DNA of 64,000 nt from Andalucia godoyi And28. Lineage: Eukaryota > Protista > Jakobida. Made by a program: the position numbers and the translations under genes. The stretch's first letter is position 1. Every line of letters begins with the position of its first letter. The stretch is from positions 21,584-85,583 of the forward strand of contig VRVR01000036.1 of assembly GCA_009859145.1 (NCBI GenBank), given 5' to 3'. This document shows positions 10,701 through 19,968 of the stretch, one piece after another. The notes beneath the pieces were generated by a model, which saw only the letters and a program-made list of their open reading frames with translations, searched no databases and had not been told where the DNA came from.

Positions 10701-13700
10701 GACGAAACAGTGCTCACATTCTGATGGTGCTGTTCCGACAACAACACAAGCTGCGCTGTCGTTCCGCATTTTTCTGCAGTGATTCTCCAATGCTGCATGA
10801 TACTAGGATCATCAAATACAAAAACAATGTTTCTCAAAAACCGTATCATAAGCCCGATCAATTTTGAAGAATCGTCAAGCAAGGCACCTTGATTTCGGAA
10901 TGATGTGACAGCAAATGTACAATGCTCTACGAAGACGTTCCATGCACTGCCACGAACAAAGAGTACAAAATGCACTGACGGAGGGGCACTGGTTTCGCGG
11001 CAAACAACTGGCTCACTGCACACTAACTCTCCTTCAGCTGTCACTCGAACAACCAAAGATCCGCGAATTGGAAGGCACGGATAGTGCATACTCGAGCAGC
11101 ATACGCTTTTTAACCAGTCCCAGTCAATCGAAGAATGCTGCTTCCTTTCTTCGTACATATATGCTTGGACCTCTACCAAATACTCTCGAAGGCGCTGTAG
11201 ATCCATATGGCTCACAAGAAGAGGGAAGACCCGGCTGTCTTGCACTTGGCAGCCAGCAGGGGAAACGGTCGGTGCACACACCTGACAATCCGATTCAATG
11301 ACAGCATTGTGTGTGGACTGTTTGATAACAACATGACAATTAGTGCCGCCCATGCCGAAAGAACTAACACCTGCAACTCGAGCACCGCTCTTCGGTGGGT
11401 GCCAGGATTGCATCGTACTGTGCATAGACAATACTGCCGCATAAGAAGGATTTCGAAACCCCTCGAAATGCACGCAAGACGGCAGTACTTGGTGTTGCAT
11501 GCACACCAACGTCGAGATTAACCCGCAAACTCCCGCGGCAGCATCCGTGTGCCCAATAAGAGACTTCACAGATCCCAACACGAGCTTGCGATTTCGAGCA
11601 CCAAATACTTCAGAAAGTGCTTTCAGTTCCATTTCATCACCGAGTGCAGTTCCGGTTCCATGACATTCAATGAAGGAAACATTGTCAAACAGCTCCGAAT
11701 CCACTGTGCCAATTTGGTACGCAGATCTCAATAAATCGATTTGTGACTTCACGGAAGGAGCTGCAAAACTCACTTTCTCTGCTCCGTCGTTGTTGACAAC
11801 AGAATTTAGAATCGTCGCTACCGCGCATGTGTTCAATGCTGAACACAAGTCCTCCCTCTGGAGTATCACAACGCCGCAGCCTTCTGACGGAACAGTACCA
11901 CAAGCTGTGTGAGAAAAAGGCCTACATGTTCCATCCGGAGAGAAAATGCTTCCTTCTCGATATCGATATCCTCCAGTGCGGCTCGGATTGTAGTACACAC
12001 CCCCTGCAACCGCAATGTCACAGTCGCCATTCAAGATGGATAACCTTGCATAATGAGTCGCGACTAACGAAGAAGAGCAAGCTGTTTGGATCGTCAATGC
12101 GGGACCATGGAAATCGAAAAAATGGGCAATTCTCGTAGCAAAGAATGTGGAACCGGAGCATGTGAAGCGATGGTATTCCTTCGTCACGTCGACATGCGCA
12201 AGATTTACACTGTCTGTTTCAGAGCTGCTTCCCGTCACCCCGATAAAAATACCGATCTTGAGATGCGATGCTTTAGAAACACGGAAGGGATCAATCGAGG
12301 CATTTTGCAGCGCCATCCACACAGAGTGTATCAGTATTTTCAGTTGTGGATCCAACAAGGAAACGTCGTCGGAAGATAATTGGAGGAACCCTCGATCAAA
12401 TGAGAACTCGAGATTTCCGCCACTGCAGACAAGTTCTCCATCCTGAGCTTTTCCTTGACAACGAGAAATACACGGATCGCAGGATCGGTACCGGTCGATG
12501 AGATCGTCTGTGGTTCCACACCCAGGCAGTTCTCCCCAGAACCCAACAATAGCAATCGCACTCGCGTTTGCGTTCGTATTCAAAAACACTGGCTTTGCCT
12601 CGACTTGACGACAAGACAATAGTAGCTCGCGACCGTTGCTAGCACTGTCCGCGGGGGGGTATGCGGGGTGACAGCGAAGCCGATCGCATATCATGGCGTG
12701 CTGCGTCTCAATTGTCGGAAACTGCAACAAATCCGTTCTGCTGACCTTGGCTTCTGGAAAGCGATCCCTATAGAGGATGAGCAAGCGTGCCAATAATATT
12801 GAGCTGCCACCTGCATCAAAAAATCCGACGGACGGTGCATGAACGTCCATAGGCAAAAGAGATCTCCAGCATTCGGTGATCACCTGAAGTATCGCCTGCA
12901 ACCGCGACGTCGTGCTCAAGCCTGGAAAGCTTGGAATTTCGGGAAAACGACCAGCCTCCGGACTTACAGACACTCGTTGAAAACTGTGGTGAGAGTCAGA
13001 CGATGGATTCTTTTCAAAAAGACGACCCAGCTGCTTTCGATCAAGCTTTTTGTGTTCCGACACAGGAAAGCTGTCTACAACTCGTATCTGTGAAGGAATC
13101 ATGTAGTGAGGTACTCGCTTTCGAAGGCTGGTCCTAAATTCATGAACATCAAAGGAGTCCCTTGCATTATTTTGAAGGGATACCACAGCAAACAACATGG
13201 TGTTGTGGCCTCGTTGCTCGCAGAAAGCCGCTGCAAACTTGATGTGTTCATGCTTCATCAGCTCGTTTTCCACTTCCTCCAGCGACACACGGAATCCAGA
13301 AATTTTCACCAATCCATCCCGTCGCGAGATCCAATAATACTTTCCATACATAAAGCGACAAATATCGCCGGTTTTGTAAACGACACCTATTCCGGACAAT
13401 TGAACGAACTTGTCTGCAGTAAGAGCGGCATCCCTCCAGTAACCTGCCCCCACAAGAATGCCCGAAACACACAGCTCTCCTGGTATTCCATGAGGAAGAA
13501 TGTTACAACACCGCGAAGCACAGAACAGTAACGCGTTGTCAATGGGTGTGCCAATACCTAAGCACGACCTCAAACCGCTCGCTTCCAAAACATCCTCATC
13601 CTGAAGAGGGCCTAGGCATGCTGAATAATCCGTCGCCTCCGTTGGCCCATAGACATTGAACACTTTCCCGAACGCATTGATCAGTCGAGAAGCGAGGTCG

Positions 13701-16700
13701 GTCTGTAACGCTTCCCCTCCCGCCACGACCGTGGCACTACTATCGCCCCGCCATTTTGCATCTAATATCACTCGAAGCAGCGTTGGGGTGGCTTGAATGA
13801 AATTTGCTTTCCAAGTCTGGAGCAAATCGACAACAACAAAAGGATCCTGGTTTTGGTGGGGAAGCGAAACAACCACAGTGCCTCCTGCGAATAGAGTGCC
13901 CCATATCTCGACGATGGACATGTCATGCGTAAACGGCGAAAGTGACAGGCATCTCGTGTTGCTGCTCATCTCAAATCTCTTCAAACAGAATTTCATCAAG
14001 TTCAATAGTCCTGCATGCAAAACGACTGGTCCCTTTGGTTGTCCTGTAGAACCGGATGTGAACAACACATATGCAATGTGGCTGTGGGCTCGACGAGGGT
14101 CAGTGAGAGCATTCAAAATCTCCGTGCTATCAATAAAGGATCCATTTTGCAAGTGTCCGTGTTGCAAAAACCTATCAAGAAGAATCAGCTTGCGGAGCTT
14201 CGAAAATGCGGCAGAATCGCGGCAACAGTCGACGGACACCAAGGATAGACACACTTGTGGTTGAAGAAGTTCCAGCAGGTTTTGCAGACGGGAAATTGGC
14301 ATCCCTGAATCCAGTATGGAATAAGGAAATCCCGCTAGCCAGCATGCAAACATGCACACGACGCAAAAAGCACTTCGAGGAAGAAAGATGCAGATGGGCG
14401 TGTTTTGTGAGACGTCTAAAGTGGCAGACTCCGCGAGAATCAGATTCGCAACTTCCATCGCCAACGAAGCAAACTGAAAATACGATAGACAGAATGTGCC
14501 ATCAGAATTACATACTGCAAATTTGCTTCGCCATTGGCACCCAGCACAGCTTAAATCCAGAATGTGTTTCACGATAGCAGGCGCTCCACGAAACTCTGTC
14601 TCACTCGATTTTTTTGACGCAAAATATTCATAGAAACGCACCTCGTCGTCAAGCAAAAAAGAAAACGGCACCGCTCTAGAGAATCCGAGGTTGACAACTC
14701 GAGAGAGAAAATGGCGAAAACGAACCGGAAGAGATCGTAGGAACTGCACCAGATCAGAATCATTCACGTCGTCCGGAATAAACTTCACCTCTAGGATTAC
14801 TTTTCCATGAGTATACGTGCAAACAAGCTGCATGGGCCACAGAGACGCCTGCACAGGATAAGACGGAACGTTTTCTGCTGACGGAATCCGATCGTCCTCC
14901 GTGATGTAGTTGGCAATAGAGACCGAACGATGAACGCCTGATGGTGCAGATGCTCTGCTCGTCACCAAGGCCGACCCTGCGGCGGCGGCACTGGCACGGC
15001 AGGCTGTAACAATGGTGCGCAGGCTCTCCGAGACATTCATGACAAACATCTTGTCGAAATCGACTGGCTTGCCGTCAACAACCATTGAAACCGTAAGAGG
15101 CATTAACTGAACACAAGTGCCTATCAATGAGGAACACGGTCTGTCTCTGGATCGGAAATCCACCGGCACAGAAAGGACTACTTCATCCAAAGAAAACATC
15201 TCCCCAATCATGAATGCCCAGGCGGAAAACAGGAAAGTCGCAAAAGTGACACGGAGATCCGTAGAGAACTGTCGCAGAAGAACACTTTCGCTCGCATCAA
15301 CTGTGCATTGCGCAGACTCTCCAACATCATCCGAAAAGCGGCCACGAACAGTTGTGCATTTTGAAATACCTTCTGGAAGAATCGTGATTCCCTCTATCGC
15401 CCGCGCTGTGCGCGCCCACGCAAAATACGATGGTGGGTCAGCAGTTGACGGAGGCGATCCCGGATACCTTGAAATGTAATGGACCATCATTTGCACGAGG
15501 GAGGATAGCCCTCGTGCGTCGGCAATGAGATGATGGCAGCAGCAGACAAGCAACAGAGTCGTTTCGGCGCTGACATCCGAGACTGGAGGATGCAGTCGAA
15601 GAAGCGCAATCCGAATAAGCGGTCTTGATAGAGTTTCGAAAGGTTTCCGGACGAATGCTGATAAAATGTCGCTCTGGGACTGATCAGAAGAGGTAAACCT
15701 GACATACTCCATTACACACCTCTCCGCAAGAACAGCAAATCGTTCCTGGTCCAGAACGTGTGCAACAAACCGTTCTGCATCTTTTTCAAAGATGCAACGA
15801 ACGGCATCAGCGCGACTGGAAACGTACAGCAGGGATTGCAGTACCAGCTCACGGCTGGTAGACGGCGCAACAGTGGCCATTTTGAAAAAATTGTACGCCG
15901 TGGAATACGGGAATTCTTCGCAATCCAAAAGGATAGGAAGCTGAAATGAAGAAGGTGGAAATGCGCACGCGGAGTTTTGTGCAGCATGCAACCGCATACC
16001 ATTTCCCGGGTCTATATTGAGCGACGACAGTGACACGTCCTTCTTCCTCGAATCCGAAAGTGATGCATCATAAAGCGCTGGGCGCATGGATAGGACCTGG
16101 TCCGAAAACAGAAACGTCATGGGATGGCAGAACCTAGTACGCACGCGACGGAGCACAGAACACAATTTCATAACGAATTCATTGGCGCTTCCAAATGCCC
16201 CAACAAATTCTGCAGAAGGCAGCCATTCTCGCGCAAATTTTGAGAGCGTGGAACTGCTACCGAGTTCAATGCAAAGCAGAGAATGAGGGACGAAGGAAAG
16301 TCTCTGCATGGCAGCATTAAAATCAACAATTTCTCGGAAATTGCGCCACAAGTATGCAGCTTCCAACGGCCCATGCAATAAATCGCCAGTTACCGAAGAT
16401 ATCATCGTGCAGGTGCAAGATGCGGTGGGCCCAAACCGTGTTTCAGGAACGACAATCTCTTCGATGATGTGCTGAAAGTCTGCATGTGCGCTGTCCAAGA
16501 AGCGCGAGTGAAAGGCAGGAAGCTGCGGAAGGATACAGCAAGCAACACCGATCTCGCCAGTCAGAAACGTCAGGAGTGCTTGGACATCTTCCCGCGCACC
16601 ACACACCACAGTCTGACAAGGAGAGTTCTTGCCACAGATATCCACATGCTTCCGGAGAGGAGACGTTTCGCAGGCTTTCTCAAAAACATCTGCAGAACAA

Positions 16701-18709
16701 AAGCACGCCATCATCGATGTCTCAACATCTCGCAGACAATGCATGGCGAGCACGGATCGATGAAACACAATGCAAACTGCAGTGTCCAGGGACAGAAAAC
16801 CAGAAATCAATAATGAGCATATCTCTCCAAGACTGTGTCCAAGGGCGAATTTTGGAGAAACTCCGCAACATTTCAGCAAATGGCACAGAGAATACTGTGT
16901 CGCGAATATGCACAAAGGAACGAGGGATGGATGGTCCATGCTCGCGATCGAAAACTCCGCGTCATCGTTGAGGTAACCATTGAAATGCGCACAAGGTTTG
17001 GGTACACCTAACAGACGCCCAGCGATGCTGTCAACTTTGTCGAATGCATCCGCAAAGACTGGCGAGCAAGCATACAGGTTCTTCATATTGTCCTTTTGCA
17101 GAAATGACCCCTGTCCAGGGAATAAGAACACGACACTGACCGAAGAATCAGCGTTCTCACAATCTGCATCAGATTCGACTTGCAAGTTCGCCGCTATGCG
17201 CTTTCCGTCTCTCGAAAACACTGCAGGAATTAGGTTGTTGTTTGCATCAAACGCCCCGCGACCGCAGATTTGCAGCGGACATGCAAGATCGACGGCTGCG
17301 CAATGATCTACGGATCGCGAAACATCTTGCAACTGGATCTGTGAGGCACTCGTGTTGACGAAAACACTTTCGGTTTCTCGTGAAACATTCAGAATCATAT
17401 GGTCTGACCGCAACACGGCAGGATATCGCCAGGGTGCAGAATGTGCATCCTGAACACTGGATAACACAACATGCACAATTTCACCTGCAAAACCAGTTGC
17501 ATGGACAGCAGCAAAGTATTGTGAACGTTGGGATGGCTCAAATCCTCGATCGCATAGCTGCAAGCAGGATTTCAGATTTGCATTCCGTAGCCTGTCGTCC
17601 AAGGTCGAGCAACCAGCATCAGGGGGAATAAAATTGCGCAAAACACACAAACACACTTTCAAAACGGACAGAAGTCCGGATGATGCTTCAGTATGCCCAA
17701 GAAGCGTCTTGCTTCGTCCAACCAGTAAAGGAGAATGATTGGAACGAGCGCCATATGTCGCACATAAAGCGGTCCACTCTGCCTCATCGCCGTCAGTGGA
17801 TCCAACTCCGTGAGACTCGATCAGGACGAAATCGTTGAAAGAACGCAAAAGAGGGTGGTTGCACGTTTTCTGGATCAAGCTTTTTTGTGAAGCGGCACTT
17901 GGAGACGCGAATGGTCTGCCAGGCCGTCCAGAATGCGCAGTTTTCCCTTCAACAAGATAACAGAGCGGAGGAAAAGAGCGCAGCGCTAGGTGCTGACCGG
18001 CCTGCAGATCCTGTGCGTTGGCAACAGATCCAATCAGCAAAGTTACAATCCCGTCGGATCGCACGTATCCGTTTCGCGATGCACAAAATGGGGCGCATTC
18101 ACCGCTCGTGGAGAGCAGACCGCAGCTCGACAAAACCTCGCTCATTGCCTCTGATAGCAAATTGAATCCCGAAACAAACGCAAATCTGCAAATTCCGCGA
18201 CGAATGTCCTCCATGGCCTGGACGAGCGCAATAAGACCAGAAGCGCACGTAGCCTTAACAGTTAAACATGGGCCCTGGAAATCAAAAGTGCTTGAAATCC
18301 TCCCACCAAGACGAGAGTCGGTCGTCACACCCGCGACGTTACCCCCCGCACAATCCATACTTTGCACACTGCGAGGAGTAACGTCGTTGGATCTCTCGTC
18401 AAAAACCCCGACGTACACTCCAACATCCGCGGATCCCACTAGGTCACACAAAGACATGCCTGCATAATCTATCGCTTTCAAGACCGTGTCGAGCAAAGCT
18501 TTCTCTGCAAAAGGAACAGCGTCTCTTCCTTGTGAACAGCCAATCCCTGGAAACACCTTATCACACAAAAACTGAGAAGGAAAATCGATCAGCGGCGAGG
18601 TTGGTCTTTGTCTTGTGCCGGTGAGAAGCTGCCAAAACGAACTCTCATCGGCGACGGAACCTGGAAGCACCAAGCCAAAACCGAGGACGCCTATGGAAGT
18701 ATTCTGCAT
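7766..18709 (-). CDS. Hybrid type I PKS-NRPS megasynthase, KS-AT-C-A-PCP-KS-(AT remnant)-KR-ACP-TE, 3647 aa, intronless
   Basis: KS1 ATCAS/SHGVGS/GHTEA; AT FPGQGS/GHSLG/AFHS; C HHLIAD; A FTSGSTGQPKG/YGPTE/YKTGD/KLDRK; PCP FFDAGGSS; KS2 TACSSS/CHGTGT/GHTDA; KR GCTGRLG; ACP FFRSGGDS; TE HPVGG/GSSFG/GDH. Confidence 0.95.
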   Translation of the reverse strand: MQNTSIGVLGFGLVLPGSVADESSFWQLLTGTRQRPTSPLIDFPSQFLCDKVFPGIGCSQGRDAVPFAEKALLDTVLKAIDYAGMSLCDLVGSADVGVYVGVFDERSNDVTPRSVQSMDCAGGNVAGVTTDSRLGGRISSTFDFQGPCLTVKATCASGLIALVQAMEDIRRGICRFAFVSGFNLLSEAMSEVLSSCGLLSTSGECAPFCASRNGYVRSDGIVTLLIGSVANAQDLQAGQHLALRSFPPLCYLVEGKTAHSGRPGRPFASPSAASQKSLIQKTCNHPLLRSFNDFVLIESHGVGSTDGDEAEWTALCATYGARSNHSPLLVGRSKTLLGHTEASSGLLSVLKVCLCVLRNFIPPDAGCSTLDDRLRNANLKSCLQLCDRGFEPSQRSQYFAAVHATGFAGEIVHVVLSSVQDAHSAPWRYPAVLRSDHMILNVSRETESVFVNTSASQIQLQDVSRSVDHCAAVDLACPLQICGRGAFDANNNLIPAVFSRDGKRIAANLQVESDADCENADSSVSVVFLFPGQGSFLQKDNMKNLYACSPVFADAFDKVDSIAGRLLGVPKPCAHFNGYLNDDAEFSIASMDHPSLVPLCIFATQYSLCHLLKCCGVSPKFALGHSLGEICSLLISGFLSLDTAVCIVFHRSVLAMHCLRDVETSMMACFCSADVFEKACETSPLRKHVDICGKNSPCQTVVCGAREDVQALLTFLTGEIGVACCILPQLPAFHSRFLDSAHADFQHIIEEIVVPETRFGPTASCTCTMISSVTGDLLHGPLEAAYLWRNFREIVDFNAAMQRLSFVPHSLLCIELGSSSTLSKFAREWLPSAEFVGAFGSANEFVMKLCSVLRRVRTRFCHPMTFLFSDQVLSMRPALYDASLSDSRKKDVSLSSLNIDPGNGMRLHAAQNSACAFPPSSFQLPILLDCEEFPYSTAYNFFKMATVAPSTSRELVLQSLLYVSSRADAVRCIFEKDAERFVAHVLDQERFAVLAERCVMEYVRFTSSDQSQSDILSAFVRKPFETLSRPLIRIALLRLHPPVSDVSAETTLLLVCCCHHLIADARGLSSLVQMMVHYISRYPGSPPSTADPPSYFAWARTARAIEGITILPEGISKCTTVRGRFSDDVGESAQCTVDASESVLLRQFSTDLRVTFATFLFSAWAFMIGEMFSLDEVVLSVPVDFRSRDRPCSSLIGTCVQLMPLTVSMVVDGKPVDFDKMFVMNVSESLRTIVTACRASAAAAGSALVTSRASAPSGVHRSVSIANYITEDDRIPSAENVPSYPVQASLWPMQLVCTYTHGKVILEVKFIPDDVNDSDLVQFLRSLPVRFRHFLSRVVNLGFSRAVPFSFLLDDEVRFYEYFASKKSSETEFRGAPAIVKHILDLSCAGCQWRSKFAVCNSDGTFCLSYFQFASLAMEVANLILAESATLDVSQNTPICIFLPRSAFCVVCMFACWLAGFPYSILDSGMPISRLQNLLELLQPQVCLSLVSVDCCRDSAAFSKLRKLILLDRFLQHGHLQNGSFIDSTEILNALTDPRRAHSHIAYVLFTSGSTGQPKGPVVLHAGLLNLMKFCLKRFEMSSNTRCLSLSPFTHDMSIVEIWGTLFAGGTVVVSLPHQNQDPFVVVDLLQTWKANFIQATPTLLRVILDAKWRGDSSATVVAGGEALQTDLASRLINAFGKVFNVYGPTEATDYSACLGPLQDEDVLEASGLRSCLGIGTPIDNALLFCASRCCNILPHGIPGELCVSGILVGAGYWRDAALTADKFVQLSGIGVVYKTGDICRFMYGKYYWISRRDGLVKISGFRVSLEEVENELMKHEHIKFAAAFCEQRGHNTMLFAVVSLQNNARDSFDVHEFRTSLRKRVPHYMIPSQIRVVDSFPVSEHKKLDRKQLGRLFEKNPSSDSHHSFQRVSVSPEAGRFPEIPSFPGLSTTSRLQAILQVITECWRSLLPMDVHAPSVGFFDAGGSSILLARLLILYRDRFPEAKVSRTDLLQFPTIETQHAMICDRLRCHPAYPPADSASNGRELLLSCRQVEAKPVFLNTNANASAIAIVGFWGELPGCGTTDDLIDRYRSCDPCISRCQGKAQDGELVCSGGNLEFSFDRGFLQLSSDDVSLLDPQLKILIHSVWMALQNASIDPFRVSKASHLKIGIFIGVTGSSSETDSVNLAHVDVTKEYHRFTCSGSTFFATRIAHFFDFHGPALTIQTACSSSLVATHYARLSILNGDCDIAVAGGVYYNPSRTGGYRYREGSIFSPDGTCRPFSHTACGTVPSEGCGVVILQREDLCSALNTCAVATILNSVVNNDGAEKVSFAAPSVKSQIDLLRSAYQIGTVDSELFDNVSFIECHGTGTALGDEMELKALSEVFGARNRKLVLGSVKSLIGHTDAAAGVCGLISTLVCMQHQVLPSCVHFEGFRNPSYAAVLSMHSTMQSWHPPKSGARVAGVSSFGMGGTNCHVVIKQSTHNAVIESDCQVCAPTVSPAGCQVQDSRVFPLLVSHMDLQRLREYLVEVQAYMYEERKQHSSIDWDWLKSVCCSSMHYPCLPIRGSLVVRVTAEGELVCSEPVVCRETSAPPSVHFVLFVRGSAWNVFVEHCTFAVTSFRNQGALLDDSSKLIGLMIRFLRNIVFVFDDPSIMQHWRITAEKCGTTAQLVLLSEQHHQNVSTVSSAMELPSEPCTLDSFIRLLSSAWVGGAQVEWSHFLNDYLGFGAFKPTSTKMPIRRMVFHGCSRRADDVDPSLCLYSVHYPEHAVTGDGRRRAMFRLTVVFTDMDCLSERLEQAGQQHMPGGVVVCSPTGLCKEAIFPLSSPWILPPEKGANLVTYVSTAACSSKVEIVFSLSFENQSRADFKDVACVCDVLKDVLLRCKWDVTIYACFGRGVFGDSRHLSHDAGFSDDSRWREFAVSCFFRCACQELGHPWCVVHSMEASFAQSLLLPPFPEALFSEAAPQACREMLFAGSALRYRVLSRLSQLPASSLRLTASPPKVTLPVVDTASSITNNNQSSNEDWLLVGCTGRLGSFVIEACTAAATCVSTLFITTRSPFPHASQWLCLSSDTMLPVWRRRLFRVLCETVAKGFIVNVVTLDMKNAEEIRGLLSQLPSQSPVTLLYFSGLVSRIPVREVSIDDTQQSIQSRVPCLGSLVRHFAFEKVVVASSMSAVLGGVGFCPYSVGTAAVASSVTGRDSVVCFIGGVETDRDLNGGTSSVHGTHQMLRGTEFVHALAYVIVHYNDVPRHVIISANMRPEDSLASENVAWNNVQSKCSTVVANASERESVDISLSSITSRILGIFKKYTTTAVDDSADFFRSGGDSFRALQILEEVRQSYGVRLPISAIVQNSTARKLAVKVLSGLYFVSPVHTLEPKSLIVMQLGTNQELSPLFLLHPVGGTTAFYVPLVSALGPERTVVSFESFGLAGTSAKFDVCVRGMCERYLKEASDAGYSGPYHLAGSSFGGMLCFEMACMIGAQSVSSLIMIDTPGGHQMPDRITNDVEVLSYLWGEATGIGEERLQSMSKEERKAAILRAGQSRGEFPLNVSSEIFGKYIDCFVSNVDAMFSYIPQNYGGRGTFIFAKVRRSMDALRPFEAWTPYFENGLEVIEVEGDHISMNKHPFVEIVAGVIRSRLEDARIVFSDFSESPRAITGNPLCDL

Positions 18710-19968
18710 GAAATCGTGGTGCCGAGCGAAAGCATACCGTGAAATTATGTTTTTAAAAAAAGTGCAAAAACAGTGGACTTGCGCTTCTCAAACTGAGCAC
18801 AAAAAAAAAAAAAACTGCGTTTCAACGAAGATGATGCAGCACCCCTACCACCATCCAAGTGCTTATTCCTTTTTTTTTTTTTTTTTGTTGAAACCAATGC
18901 TTGTCTAAACTCCAAAGAGACGTGCAAAGACAAAGTCGCCCGTATTATTTTGCTGATACAACGGGGGGGAAACGCCTGCTAATACACGATGAGAAATGAT
19001 CAAAGATGATTGTGGGTTTGTGGTTGCACGTCTTCATTATACACTGACCATGCATTTCTGGGAAGAGACATGCATATTCAGTCTTGCATCCCGTTGCCGG
19101 GAAGGGGATAGGCCCCAACACGTCTCACGGCGTTCTTCAGATAATGTTCCGCGCTCCGTTCTCAATCTCGATCAATCTGTGAGCCACTTTCTCGGCGTGA
19201 CACGTTGTTCCTGAGAAGGGTGCATTTTTTGATTCTGACGGCCCTAGCAGCAGGCGCTTTCGTGTCCTCAGTTGCAGCGATTGATGCAACTGGAGATGCG
19301 AGAGGAAGAGGCGGTAGGCGTAGTGACACGTGGTCTCTTAGGAGGTCTGCGGGACCTAGGAGGCCCTGTATCGAGCGGCGTAGGCGTAGGCGTAGGCGAA
19401 TGCGTCATCCCAGCGCACTCACGCCCATATTTGAATTAAAAAGTGAAACCAACGAATGATAGAATAGATGGCTACGGATGCTGCGTTAAAGAGTGTCGAA
19501 AAACTGCGGAGCCTGTGTCACCAGCTGAATTCTGGCCGAGCGTGCGTAAGCACGAATTCCCTGTGAAGCAAACGTGCTCGTGTCGGCCGGTATCGACCGT
19601 GTCTGTTCATGGATACTTCCGAATGCATGACAATTTCGTGTCATTATTCGACGGCCGGCTCGGAAGGAGGAAAAGAAAAAAGGAAGGGAAGGTCTTTTTC
19701 CAGTTTTCTTGCCTCCGCTGGTCTACATCATTCCCATTCTGCTTTTCTTGGATGACAATTTCTTTCCGCCTCCACGGCCCTTGAAAAAAGTCGAGATCAC
19801 AAGACTTCCTCCCCCACAACACAACACAACACACACACGCACACACACCCTCTCTTCCCACGCATCTCTTACTCAAAAAACAATACTTGTTTCTGCCTCG
19901 GCTGTGATGATCACTTGGGGAAAAGACTCATCGAGAAGAGAAACTGTTCTTTTGTTTTCAAATACGAA

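Noticed and set aside
7785-18908. Dozens of 60-170-aa ORFs on the + strand over the PKS-NRPS
   Set aside because: Antisense shadows of a long coding strand with no motifs; the same applies to small ORFs over UTP20, PUM3, CM1 and the Myb genes.
19205-19459. ORF resembling a signal peptide plus poly-Arg secreted peptide
   Set aside because: Starts at TTG with no ATG, and the Arg run comes from a (CGTAGG)n repeat; insufficient support.
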